64,000 bases of DNA, from the NCBI GenBank assembly GCA_963845065.1, contig CAWJQQ010000008.1, positions 128,001 through 192,000 on the forward strand. Reading direction: 5' to 3'. This document shows positions 52,404 through 61,988 of this stretch, one piece after another (position 1 is the first letter of the stretch; the number at the start of each line of letters is the position of its first letter). The translations under genes and the position numbers were made by a program. The stretch is from Nitrospirota bacterium. Lineage in GTDB: Bacteria > Nitrospirota > UBA9217. The notes beneath the pieces are model-generated. The model was not told the DNA's origin, made no database searches, and saw only the letters and a list, made by a program, of their open reading frames with translations.

Positions 52404-52432
52404 GATAGCGAGAGCTGTTTTCCGGGGATTGC

Positions 52433-52990
52433 ATGATAATCATCGTCGGGCTCGGCAACCCGGGCAAAAAGTTCGAACGCACGCGACACAACGCAGGTTT
52501 TATGGCCATTGACGTACTTGCCAGTAGCCTGCACGTTGATATCAGCCAGGGGAAAAACAACGCACTCATAGGTAAAGCACAGATAGATGAGGAGGCCACG
52601 GTCCTAGCAAAACCGCAGACATACATGAATGATAGCGGTAGAGCCATAGGCGCGATCCTCAGGGACACCTATGCAGGCACCAGAGATCTTATCGTACTCC
52701 ATGATGAGCTTGATCTGCCTCTCGGTACTGTCCGCATTAAGATCGGCGGCGGTCATGGTGGCCATAATGGATTGCGTTCGATCATCGAGCAAGTTGGGTC
52801 TTCAGACTTTATTCGGGTCCGCTTGGGGATTGGCAGGCCTGCTCCGGGGATGGACGCTGCTGATTTTGTGCTGAGTCCGTTCCTCGCCGAAGAAAGACAA
52901 CTGCTGCCGGACGTGATGGCAAAAGCGGTGGAAGCGGTAAAGGTAATTGTTTTGGAAGGCCCGAATAAGGCCATGAATATCTTTAATTAG
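52433..52990 (+). CDS. pth: Peptidyl-tRNA hydrolase
   Basis: GLGNPG, TRHNAGF, KPQTYMN.SG, HDELD, GGHNGLRS. Confidence 0.97.
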   Translation: MIIIVGLGNPGKKFERTRHNAGFMAIDVLASSLHVDISQGKNNALIGKAQIDEEATVLAKPQTYMNDSGRAIGAILRDTYAGTRDLIVLHDELDLPLGTVRIKIGGGHGGHNGLRSIIEQVGSSDFIRVRLGIGRPAPGMDAADFVLSPFLAEERQLLPDVMAKAVEAVKVIVLEGPNKAMNIFN

Positions 52991-53004
52991 CACTTAGCGT
53001 TCAG

Positions 53005-53046
53005 AAGCCCGGACCCGGAAGAATTACAGGGAGCTCCGGGCTTTTT
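53005..53046 (+). terminator. Intrinsic terminator after pth
   Basis: aagcccgga ... tccgggctt followed by T run. Confidence 0.65.
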
Positions 53047-53243
53047 GTTGCTGAAATACCAAGAATGGTTCCCATATTGGATGAATATTTTAGAAGCAGC
53101 AGGCCTCAATTATACGGGGTGCGCCGCACCGTTAAATCACGGGCATGGTTTTAACTTCTCCGAGCCCCTTGCGGTATGTGCAACACCGCTGAACTGTATT
53201 CATCTGTTGTCTCGTGACTTATTTTAATGAAGAGGAGTTTCTC

Positions 53244-54338
53244 ATGGGTTTTAACTGTGGCATTGTGGGACTTCCAAATGTTGGCAAATCTACCATCTTC
53301 AACGCGCTTACCTCTGCAGGCGCACAAGCCTCGAACTATCCCTTCACGACAATCGATCCGAACGTCGGCGTAGTGGACATGCCAGACGAACGGCTAGACA
53401 AACTGGCAGAAATCTATCAGCCGAAGAAAACGACTCCTACGAGTATGGAGTTTGTCGATATCGCCGGACTGGTAAAGGGTGCGGCTCAGGGAGAGGGGCT
53501 CGGAAATAAGTTCCTGGCGAATATCCGCGAGGTGGACGCGATTGCCCATGTGGTTCGCTGCTTTGAAGACCCGAACGTCATACACGTCGCAGGTAAAGTG
53601 GACCCGAAGGCCGATATCGAGGTTGTCGAAGCCGAACTGATGCTTGCAGATCTTGATGCTATCGAAAAGCGGTTATTCAAGAGTGAAAAAATGGTTAAGA
53701 CCGGGGACAAGAAGACCGCTGACGAGGTGGAATTCATGAAGCGGCTTAGGGACATGCTGAGCCGGGGCGAGCCTATCCGCCGTGCAACTCATTCCGAGGA
53801 TGAGTTGGCGTGGCTCAAGAGCTACGCTCTTTTATCTGCCAAGCCTGTGCTTTACGTGGCGAACGTCGCGGAGGACATGGTTGACAAGCCGAATATGTTC
53901 GTGGAGGCGGTAAAAAAAATAGCCGCGGAAGAGGGAGCAAAGGTTGTGGTCATCTCAGGACAGGTGGAAGGTGAGATTGCCCAGCTTCCGAAGGAAGAAC
54001 GCAAAGAATACCTTGCTGGCATGGGGCTTAAGGAATCGGGCCTCGACCGCATGATCCGGGCCGGCTATGAACTATTGGGACTGATCACCTATTTTACCGC
54101 TGGAGAAAAGGAAGTCCGCGCTTGGACCATCACGAAAGGAACTAAAGCGCCGCAGGCTGCGGGCAAGATCCATACAGACTTTGAAAAAGGGTTTATCCGT
54201 GCTGAAGTGTTTCACTACGACGACTTGCTCAAGCTGACGACAGAACAGGCAGTGAAGGCTGCCGGTCTCCTTCGCTCGGAAGGTAAGGATTACGTGGTGA
54301 AGGATGGAGATATCATGTTGTTCCGGTTCAATGTGTAG
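53244..54338 (+). CDS. ychF: Redox-regulated ATPase YchF
   Basis: GLPNVGKST, NYPFTTIDPN, DIAGLV, GEGLGNKFL, TGS C-terminus. Confidence 0.98.
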   Translation: MGFNCGIVGLPNVGKSTIFNALTSAGAQASNYPFTTIDPNVGVVDMPDERLDKLAEIYQPKKTTPTSMEFVDIAGLVKGAAQGEGLGNKFLANIREVDAIAHVVRCFEDPNVIHVAGKVDPKADIEVVEAELMLADLDAIEKRLFKSEKMVKTGDKKTADEVEFMKRLRDMLSRGEPIRRATHSEDELAWLKSYALLSAKPVLYVANVAEDMVDKPNMFVEAVKKIAAEEGAKVVVISGQVEGEIAQLPKEERKEYLAGMGLKESGLDRMIRAGYELLGLITYFTAGEKEVRAWTITKGTKAPQAAGKIHTDFEKGFIRAEVFHYDDLLKLTTEQAVKAAGLLRSEGKDYVVKDGDIMLFRFNV

Positions 54339-54353
54339 CAATGCTGCCTATTG

Positions 54354-55325
54354 CTACAGCGCAAGTCCCGCTGCAAGGATCGAGCCAGTCTTCTGAAGCC
54401 GCTCTCTGCCTCTGATTTCCCTAAACGATCGCGGCAGGGTGACTATCTGATGCGCCCCCCCCATTTTCCTCAATTCTTTCAAATACTGTGATTGCGTTTC
54501 CTGAACTGCTAAAAGCGATGGGGAATCAGCATCCTCGATAACGAAATTTATGATCAAACCGCGAATAGGAAGTCGATATTCTTCAAGCGTCGCGATCATC
54601 CGCCCCACCTGCTTCACGACAAGCGCTTCAGGATTCGCAACGATCAAGAATGACGACTTTTCGTGGATAAAAAGCGCGATCTGTTCCGACGCCTCGATCC
54701 AGCCATCCATGATATTGGCGATGGACCGCTTCCCAAGAAGCTGTTTGCCGATCCTGTCCAGACCCTCAAAGACCTTGGCGCCGGCGCGGATATGTTTTCT
54801 GATGTTCTTCGGCATGTCCAGGAGATTAAGCGTCTCTCCCGCTGGCGCAGTGTCCCAAACGATCCTGTCATATCCCCGGTTTTCCGCCAAATCCCTTATT
54901 ATATCAAGCATGGTCTCTTCACGCAGGGACGGCGCAGAGCCGATATAGTCGAGGATCTGGTGGCGAGATTCACTGTCAAGCGCCTCGATGTCAATAAGAT
55001 GAGCGAGAATATCGCTAAAATCCCGGCCGAACCGCAGCCTCCAGCATGCTACGATCGCTTCCTGGCTGATTTCATAGGCATCGAGGTTTTTGCTCACTTC
55101 CGTGACAGTATCTCCGATCGTTTGTTCAAAAATGTCCGATAAAGAAGGTGAAAGGTCGGATGTAATAATCAGGGTCTTGATACCGGAATCTGCATAGTAC
55201 GTTGCAATCGCTGCTGAACAGGTAGTTTTACCAACGCCTCCCTTGCCACCGACGAGAAGGACGGGTCTCAGCGATATTTTCGAAGATATTTCTTCATTAC
55301 AATTCATGTCGTTTAATAGTAGCAT
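54354..55325 (-). CDS. ArsA/GET3-family ATPase (single domain)
   Basis: GGKGGVGKTT, WDTAPAG, VANPE; start uncertain. Confidence 0.85.
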   Translation of the reverse strand: MLLLNDMNCNEEISSKISLRPVLLVGGKGGVGKTTCSAAIATYYADSGIKTLIITSDLSPSLSDIFEQTIGDTVTEVSKNLDAYEISQEAIVACWRLRFGRDFSDILAHLIDIEALDSESRHQILDYIGSAPSLREETMLDIIRDLAENRGYDRIVWDTAPAGETLNLLDMPKNIRKHIRAGAKVFEGLDRIGKQLLGKRSIANIMDGWIEASEQIALFIHEKSSFLIVANPEALVVKQVGRMIATLEEYRLPIRGLIINFVIEDADSPSLLAVQETQSQYLKELRKMGGAHQIVTLPRSFREIRGRERLQKTGSILAAGLAL

Positions 55326-55439
55326 AAAATATCTGCACCGGGAAATGCAATGGCAAGTCCAACATACAAATATACTCGTAAGATACCGGTGTATAGGAAG
55401 TAGTTATGAGATGCAACAACACGTATAGAGCAGCTGAGC

Positions 55440-55516
55440 GTCTGTCCGTCTGAATGATTGATGGTATCTGAAAGATCTTTTCCCTCGCGGATCAGGTTCG
55501 ATACAGCACTGTTTAC
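55440..55516 (-). pseudogene. Decayed pilT-like fragment, 3' part
   Basis: VNSAVSNLIREGK then, after a 1-nt shift, IFQIPSIIQT (PilT AIRNLIRE-motif region). Confidence 0.65.
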
Positions 55517-55912
55517 CAAACTATCCGCAGAAAGCCCCTGGTCTTAACCATGGGGATGAATGCGGGAACTTTGTTTTTCAGCAATTGCTGGACAAATGTA
55601 TATCTATATGGTATAGTTGAGCAATCAATGCCAGATAAACTTAAAACTCCTACATTTATCCACGAGTTTCAACTCGTAACAACCCCAAAAGACAATCGAA
55701 TGCTTAATGTCCGACTCGAAGCTGGTCGTTATCTATATAATGCCTGTCTTGGTGAAGCGATGAAACGTCTTGCCGCCATGCGTAGCTCTAAAAAATGGCG
55801 TTCAGCGATCAAGAAGAAAAAGAGCAGGCTACGCACTGATATGGTTGACAGTTGTCAAGAGGGAAAATAGTCTCCTGCCCCTTTTTTAAGGGTTCATAGT
55901 TTAAGTATAATT

Positions 55913-56102
55913 CCAGGGCATAAGGAGGGACGGGGCCGACTTGTGCGACGTTTGATCACTCTGATATTCGCGGGTTTGACCGCAAGACCTTTCTTCGTCG
56001 CGGAGCTGCCTCGCTCTAAAAGCGGAAGTTCGGCATTGCCTTATTCCATAGTGCGGACGAGGATTCTCCGTAAACGTGGCCGCGTCCCCGCTTATGCCTT
56101 GG
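55913..56102 (-). ncRNA. Bridge/seek RNA of the IS110 element
   Basis: Closing stem 55913-37/56078-102; two internal loops with guide segments matching the target (CGCACUA, UUUUAG) and the donor junction (GUCU, AUAUCAGA). Confidence 0.85.
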
Positions 56103-56336
56103 AGATTGTTTGATGTTAGCTGGCGTCCTCCTTTGGTTTTTTACTTTAGTCGTTTTCGTTTCCGCTTCCGGGCGTCTTCAAATTTTCGATTCTGTTCTTT
56201 GAAAAATCTCGATGCTCCCGTTTTTACCTTTGAGGATCGATTTATTCTTTCACAAATGCCCCAGGATTGATTTTCCAGAGGCGGTCCATACTGAGAGACC
56301 CCCTCAAGTTTTGTGTGACGCCTTGTTCTTTCATCT

Positions 56337-57449
56337 TTATGCGCTCTGAGGATTCACTTCCCGGGCAATTGCCCATATGAAGCCGCACAATTCTCTGGCG
56401 ATAGCTGTTACCACCTTGTTTCTAGACTTCCCTTTGGCCGTAAGCTTACGGAATCGTCCGCAGAGCCGCACTTGGGCTTTCCAAGAGACGTCGAGAATGT
56501 TTTTCGGCAACCCCTCTTGTCGTTTGAGGAGCACTCGGCTGACTCGGGCTGGGAAACTGTAAGCTTGAGCCGCTTCGATTAACGCGCGTCTAACGTGAGT
56601 GTTTCCGGTTTTGGTGATGCCCCCTCGTCTGGTGCTGTCTCCGCTGGAGTACTCGGAGGGAACCAGCCCTAGATATCCCATAAGATGCTTGGGATTTTTA
56701 AAACGGCCCAAGTCTCCAATCTCAGCCATGGTGGTCGCAGCAGTTACATCCGCTACACCGCGTAGCGATTGGATTGCACGTACGACAGGGGCCGTTCGGC
56801 ATGTTGGAATGAGCTTTTGAATCTGCTCCGTTAGCCGGGAAACACGCGCAGAGCATTCCTGCACAGTGTTGATGTACTCTTGCAGCGTGATCTGCTGAGC
56901 AGGGTGTGGCATCTTGATGTCCGACAGCCAACGCATGTGGGCTTGGGTCCATGCGGTTTCCCCAGAGTATCGGTGTCCATGCCGCAGAAGCATCGCGCCT
57001 AATCGCTGCCGAGCGGTGCGCTGGGCCTTAATTGCGTCTTCGCGGCCACGTGTCAGGTCTCGCATGGCTTCATCTTCTTCCTGGGGTACGTAAACAGGGG
57101 TCAGTTCTCCAGCTCGATACAGCCTTGCAAGACTTTGCGCGTCACGACGATCGGTTTTGACGCGATCGCCGCTTTTCTTGGGGATCAGCGAGGGTGCCAC
57201 AACCGTGCATTTGTAACCTTTTTTGGTCAGATGGCGGTATATTTCATAACCGCATGGGCCGGCTTCATAGACAAAGTGCAGTTCCGTTCCTTTGCTTTCA
57301 AGCTTTCTAACCATTTTGTCCAATGACGACATGTCACTGCCAATCTTACCGTAGTAGCGAACCTCTTGATTGTCGTCGGTGTCTGCTGTTGCCACTGCTA
57401 TTGAGTTTTTTGCTGAATCGAGACCTACTATTGTGATAGAATTCTTCAT
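56337..57449 (-). CDS. IS110-family recombinase/transposase (370 aa)
   Basis: DEDD RuvC-like VGLDSAK, YEAGPCG, KTDRRDA; GLVPSEYSSG Tnp-domain Ser; AIAREL; AAGGAG RBS. Confidence 0.96.
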   Translation of the reverse strand: MKNSITIVGLDSAKNSIAVATADTDDNQEVRYYGKIGSDMSSLDKMVRKLESKGTELHFVYEAGPCGYEIYRHLTKKGYKCTVVAPSLIPKKSGDRVKTDRRDAQSLARLYRAGELTPVYVPQEEDEAMRDLTRGREDAIKAQRTARQRLGAMLLRHGHRYSGETAWTQAHMRWLSDIKMPHPAQQITLQEYINTVQECSARVSRLTEQIQKLIPTCRTAPVVRAIQSLRGVADVTAATTMAEIGDLGRFKNPKHLMGYLGLVPSEYSSGDSTRRGGITKTGNTHVRRALIEAAQAYSFPARVSRVLLKRQEGLPKNILDVSWKAQVRLCGRFRKLTAKGKSRNKVVTAIARELCGFIWAIAREVNPQSA

Positions 57450-58916
57450 GACCTGTCTCCTTGTTTGTGGCTCTGTATTTGGATACCTATTCCATCCAAG
57501 TATAACCCACGGTGACAAGGGGCAGGTCACTTTTCCAACTGTCAACCATTATGTCTAAAATGTTCAAGACAGCCAGAAACATAGCTGAATATACCGAATA
57601 CCATCTCCATGATTATGTCGGGAGCCTCCGCAATTCGTGCTGGATCGGAGACCATATTGACAGCCTGGCCGCCCAAAAGATAGCGACCAGGTCGTTTAAT
57701 GCCGTTGCTGACTACGAGTTCGGGAAGCATGGGAAACCACGGTTCAAGCGTCGCGGCTGGATGTCTTCGCTCGAAGGCAAAAACAACAAGTCTGGTATTC
57801 GGTGGTGCAATGACCATGTTGAATGGTCTGGACTTAGCCTTACCTGTGTCTTCGACAAAAAAGACAAGTTTGGCGTTCAGGCACATGCGCTTAGCCATGA
57901 TGTTAAATATGTTCGTTTGGTGAAGAAAGCCATCTGCGGTAACGCCTGCTGGTTCGCCCAACTCGTGCTTAAAGGCACGGCCAGGATCAAGCGTGAGAAC
58001 CAGATTGGCACCGAAACCGTTGGCCTTGATATTGGTCCATCCACGGGTGCTATCGTTAGCGATACCGATGCGTTGCTCGTAGCATTTTGTCCGGAAGTCG
58101 AGATTCCGTACAAACAAATCCGCGTGGTTCAGCGTAAGATGGCCAGAAGCCTGAGGGCTGCCAACCCGGACAACTACAACGAAGACGGCACGGCTAAGAC
58201 TGGTGCCGGCAAGGGTAAAAAGCGGTGGATATTCTCTGCTCAATACCGTGCGCTTAAGGCTGAACTAGCCGAGCTACAGCGAGTTTTGGCTGAAACCAGA
58301 AAACGGGCTCATGGCAAGTTAGCCAATGAAATTCTTAAGCTCGGAACCAACATAAAGACCGAGAAACTGTCGTACAGAGCATTCCAGAAACTCTATGGTA
58401 AAAGTATTTCAAGACGCGCTCCGGGGATGTTTATTTCGATGCTTCGCCGCAAAGCCGAAAACGCTGGCGGTAAAGTAACTGAATTTTCTACCCGGAGCAC
58501 GAAGCTTTCAGAGACATGCCACTGCGGGGAAGTAGCCAAAAAACCGCTATCCCAAAGATGGCATGACTGTAACTGCGGGGTAAACGCTCAACGCGATCTC
58601 TACTCCGCATATCTTGCAAAATATGTTTTAGAAAATGTCCTCGACACGCGTCAAGCCGCAGCAGCTTGGCCGGGTGCAAACCTGCTCCTGGAACGGGCGG
58701 TGTTGAGGGTGCAGTTTGAAGCGGCAAATGGTCGGATTCATCCGGCCAGCTTCGGTATTAACAACATGAGAGCCAACACCACGAACCGGAGACAGAGTTG
58801 CTTGCCCGTTAAAAACGGATCAACGATAGTCGATGCCGGCAACGTCTGTATTGTTGCCGAAAAGCCTGTCGGTATTGCCGTTAGAACCCCCTGTCTTTAG
58901 ACATGGGGTAGGTCAG

Positions 58917-59030
58917 GAAGAGGACTTCCATTGCCGCTACATTGCACTAGGGTCACATGTTTGCAATGGGGAGAGGTAAGTTGTTGTTTCACCGTGACCT
59001 TAAGGCGACTCGACGAGCGCATCATGGGTT
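58917..59030 (-). pseudogene. Decayed pilT-like fragment, 5' part
   Basis: VAAMEVLF abuts the IS end; upstream degenerate MM.S..LK..V.QQL lies in another frame; outer limit approximate. Confidence 0.55.
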
Positions 59031-59344
59031 CTTTTTGGGATTTGAGGAGAATTTCCTGCGATGGCTGTATTCTATCAATGAACTTGTCGAGCTGTTCCAT
59101 CCATTTTTTCCGCACATATTATTAAGTGAAATATGAACGTAAAAAACGTCTACGCTCGTTCGATTGTAACCTACATGAAGGAAACGCAGATTTGGTGAAA
59201 AAAGGTTATCCTGGATAGAACTATCCGGCTTGATTTGTTTTCCGTGGGGAAGTCAGAAGCCAGCTTTTCCGTTGTGAACCGATCATGCCATGAAAACCGC
59301 GTTTCCAAGCGAGTCTCTGACATATAGGTCGACTGTTTGTTATA

Positions 59345-60448
59345 CTATTCGACAAGGCCCGCTAATTCTTTCATAAGAACTTTAACCGTTAGAATTTTAT
59401 CGACCCGTGAGGCATTCGTACCGATAGTATAGAGCGCTTCTTCTTCTTTTGAATTATAACCACTGGAGCTCAACAGTCCGTTACAAATGCAGAAATAGTC
59501 TTTATTGTCTTCCTTGGCGGGACAGATAGTATATTTTCCGTCGGCGTCTTTCATAAGCACATAACCTTTATCGCATTTTGGTTTCCTGCGCCGGCCAAGA
59601 GCGGACACATACATTGGAGACTGCTTAATCACTCGGAATGGCAGGCCACAGGGAGAACCTGGACGATACGCAACAACGATATCTTCTTCACGTGCCCGAA
59701 CGACTGCGTCCTTGTAGACTGTAGTAGCGCTGCTTTCTTCTGTGGCGAGGAAACGCGTACCCATCTGGACGCCGTCTGCTCCTTTGTCCATGAAATTCAA
59801 AATGTCATCATGAGTATATATCCCGCCAGCGACAATGACGGGGAAATCGCCGTATTTTCTTGCCATGTCTTTAACTGGCGGCAATAAATTTTCAAGTTTG
59901 TTTGACTCCAGGTCAATCTGGTCGATCCGAAATCCCAGGTGACCGCCTGCAAGAGGGCCTTCGAGCACAACCGCATCCGGACGGTAGCCCAGTTTTTCCC
60001 ATTTTTTACAAATGATATCCAATGCTCGAGCCGATGATACAATTGGAATCAATGCGGTGTCCTTCGGGGGTTGGATTGCGGGAAGGTTGAGCGGCAAGCC
60101 GGCACCAGAAATGATTGCATCGGAACCTGCGTCTATGGCACCTTTTACCGAATCAGTGAAATCCCTTCCAAGAGCAGCCATGATGTTAATACCAACGAAT
60201 CCGTCTTTTATTTTTGAACGAGTGATCTCCTCTTTAACCGCCTCATACGTGTTGACTTTTCGGCCTATTCTCCTTGACACGAGCCTGTCAAGGCAGGCGC
60301 TTGATACAATGCCGAGTCCTCCTTCGATTGCCACCGCTTTCGCTAGGGGATGGAGCGATACACCAACTCCCATACCGCCTTGAATGATTGGAAGTTTAAT
60401 GTTCTTTCCTTTTATAATAAGAGGTTTAAGCTTTGTTTCTGTTTTCAA
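59345..60448 (-). CDS. Nitronate monooxygenase / FabK-like flavoprotein
   Basis: PIIQGGMGVG, SGAGLP, EGPLAGGH, AGGI, GVQMGTRF. Confidence 0.9.
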   Translation of the reverse strand: MKTETKLKPLIIKGKNIKLPIIQGGMGVGVSLHPLAKAVAIEGGLGIVSSACLDRLVSRRIGRKVNTYEAVKEEITRSKIKDGFVGINIMAALGRDFTDSVKGAIDAGSDAIISGAGLPLNLPAIQPPKDTALIPIVSSARALDIICKKWEKLGYRPDAVVLEGPLAGGHLGFRIDQIDLESNKLENLLPPVKDMARKYGDFPVIVAGGIYTHDDILNFMDKGADGVQMGTRFLATEESSATTVYKDAVVRAREEDIVVAYRPGSPCGLPFRVIKQSPMYVSALGRRRKPKCDKGYVLMKDADGKYTICPAKEDNKDYFCICNGLLSSSGYNSKEEEALYTIGTNASRVDKILTVKVLMKELAGLVE

Positions 60449-60666
60449 ATCGCCCCCTTGGCATTTTCAATACAGACAGCATTCATTATTATCATCTATG
60501 CATCAAATTTGAGTGAATGAATAATTACCCCAGTACTGTAGTGAAAAAGGAGTCTTTATTATACCATACTGAAAAATCATATACAACCAGAAGTTGGGAT
60601 TTTCCGGCCGTTATTGCCATCAGGAAGTTGACAATTTTGCGTCAGTGTGAGATTATCCCTGCGCAT

Positions 60667-61596
60667 ATGAGAATAATCCGGGGCCTCAAAAATATATTAG
60701 AACTTTTTCCGAAGCCTGTGCTTACCCTTGGGAACTTTGATGGCGTGCACCTTGGTCACCAGGCAATATTCAAGAAGGTCGTTGAGCATGCCCGCATGAT
60801 CGGCGGTACTAGCATCGCCTTTACGTTCGAGCCTCACCCGCTTAAAGTACTAGCACCTGAACGATCCCCTAAATTATTAAATACTTTTCATGGGAAAATG
60901 AAACTCCTTGCCGCTTCCGGGATCGATGTAGTGATTTGCGCAAATTTCACGCGTTCTTTCGCAGAGCAACATCCTGAGGATTTCGCCCGCACCATTTTAC
61001 ACGACCAGTTAAGGGTTCAAGAGATATTCGTAGGTTATGATTATGCGTTCGGCAAAGGCCGAGAGGGGAGCATCGAATCACTGAAAAAAATAGGCCGGAC
61101 ATACGGCTTCGAAGTGGGCGTGGTCGAAGCAATTCAGGTAAACGGCATCATAGTCAGCAGTTCAGCGATCCGTGAGCTTATCTCAAGCGGCAGTGTCGAC
61201 GAAGCCGCGAAGCTTCTCGGGAGGGACTATGTGCTTGAAGGAGAAGTAATTCACGGGTCGCACCGAGGACAGACACTCGGATTTCCAACAGCAAATCTGC
61301 ATACTTCTAACGAGCTTCTTCCTGGGTTCGGAGTTTACGCAGTGCGAGTATCGGTTGATGATCAGCAGGTGTTGGATGGAGTCGCTTCTATCGGTGTGCG
61401 GCCGACATTTGATGCGGGGGCCGTATCCATCGAGGTTTTTTTATTTAACTTCGACGGGGACCTGTACGGCAGGCAAATGGATATTTCGTTTATTAAGCGG
61501 CTCCGAGGGGAAAGAAAGTTTCCTGATGCAAATGCACTCATAGCACAAGTTCGGAAGGATGTTGAAGAGGCAAAAAAAATCCTTTATGGCAGATAA
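60667..61596 (+). CDS. ribF: Bifunctional riboflavin kinase/FAD synthetase
   Basis: GNFDGVHLGHQ, TFEPHP, SSSAIR, GFPTAN, GVRPTF, LRGERKF. Confidence 0.97.
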   Translation: MRIIRGLKNILELFPKPVLTLGNFDGVHLGHQAIFKKVVEHARMIGGTSIAFTFEPHPLKVLAPERSPKLLNTFHGKMKLLAASGIDVVICANFTRSFAEQHPEDFARTILHDQLRVQEIFVGYDYAFGKGREGSIESLKKIGRTYGFEVGVVEAIQVNGIIVSSSAIRELISSGSVDEAAKLLGRDYVLEGEVIHGSHRGQTLGFPTANLHTSNELLPGFGVYAVRVSVDDQQVLDGVASIGVRPTFDAGAVSIEVFLFNFDGDLYGRQMDISFIKRLRGERKFPDANALIAQVRKDVEEAKKILYGR

Positions 61597-61841
61597 TCTC
61601 ATCAATTTCTAGCAACTTTCTTTTTCCCGGAATAGTTGCTATAGCCGAAATCGAATTACCGTTGAACCGATGATGGTATGCATTGTGGCAGAGATATTGT
61701 GATAGAAAAGATGCTAGATACCCTTTTTGACTAGGAAAAGGATGCCTTTTATTCTGTTTGAAATCTGTCCATGAAACTGTTCAGAACCAGAGCGAGCATA
61801 GCTGAAGACGACATGAGTAACGGGAGGGGAGGTGACTAGCG

Positions 61842-61925
61842 ATGGCATGCGGAACAAGGAATTGTGGACCAACGAAAACTGCCAAGAAAAAAGCTGTCAA
61901 AAAGAAAACAACAAAAAAAAAATAA
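61842..61925 (+). CDS. 27-aa Lys-rich small protein
   Basis: GGAGGTGA RBS; MACGTRNCGPTKTAKKKAVKKKTTKKK*; followed by a terminator. Confidence 0.6.
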   Translation: MACGTRNCGPTKTAKKKAVKKKTTKKK

Positions 61926-61960
61926 AATGAAACAAATGAAATGAAATAAATGAAACAAGG

Positions 61961-61988
61961 AAAGGCGGACGATTGGGTCCGCCTTTTT
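61961..61988 (+). terminator. Intrinsic terminator
   Basis: aaaggcggac / gtccgccttt stem + T run. Confidence 0.75.

Larger units (their letters stand above)
55838..57556 (-). mobile_element. IS110-family (IS1111-type) insertion sequence, 1719 bp
   Basis: 14-bp subterminal IRs ATGGTTGACAGTTG (55841-54) / CAACTGTCAACCAT (57536-49), 3 and 7 nt from the ends; CT core at both junctions; no target duplication. Confidence 0.92.
55628..58900 (+). pseudogene. tnpB: tnpB interrupted by IS110 (55628-55837 + 57557-58900 = 517 aa)
   Basis: N-terminal R.LYNACLGEA; RuvC VGLDIGP, KTEKL, QRDLYSA; Zn finger CHCG..CNCG; halves rejoin in frame (RLRT|KMFK). Confidence 0.9.
55517..58916 (+). mobile_element. IS200/IS605-family element, tnpB-only (no tnpA)
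   Basis: Left-end hairpin AAAG-CCCCTGGTCTTAACCATGGGG after TTAC; right-end hairpin GAAC-CCCCTGTCTTTAGACATGGGG ending TCAG; removing it rejoins the pilT frame. Confidence 0.88.

Noticed and set aside
55550..55870. Independent 106-aa gene
   Set aside because: It is the tnpB N-terminus reading into the IS110 end.
57542..58243. 233-aa minus-strand ORF as a possible tnpA
   Set aside because: Antisense to tnpB; no HUH/Tyr or serine-recombinase motifs.
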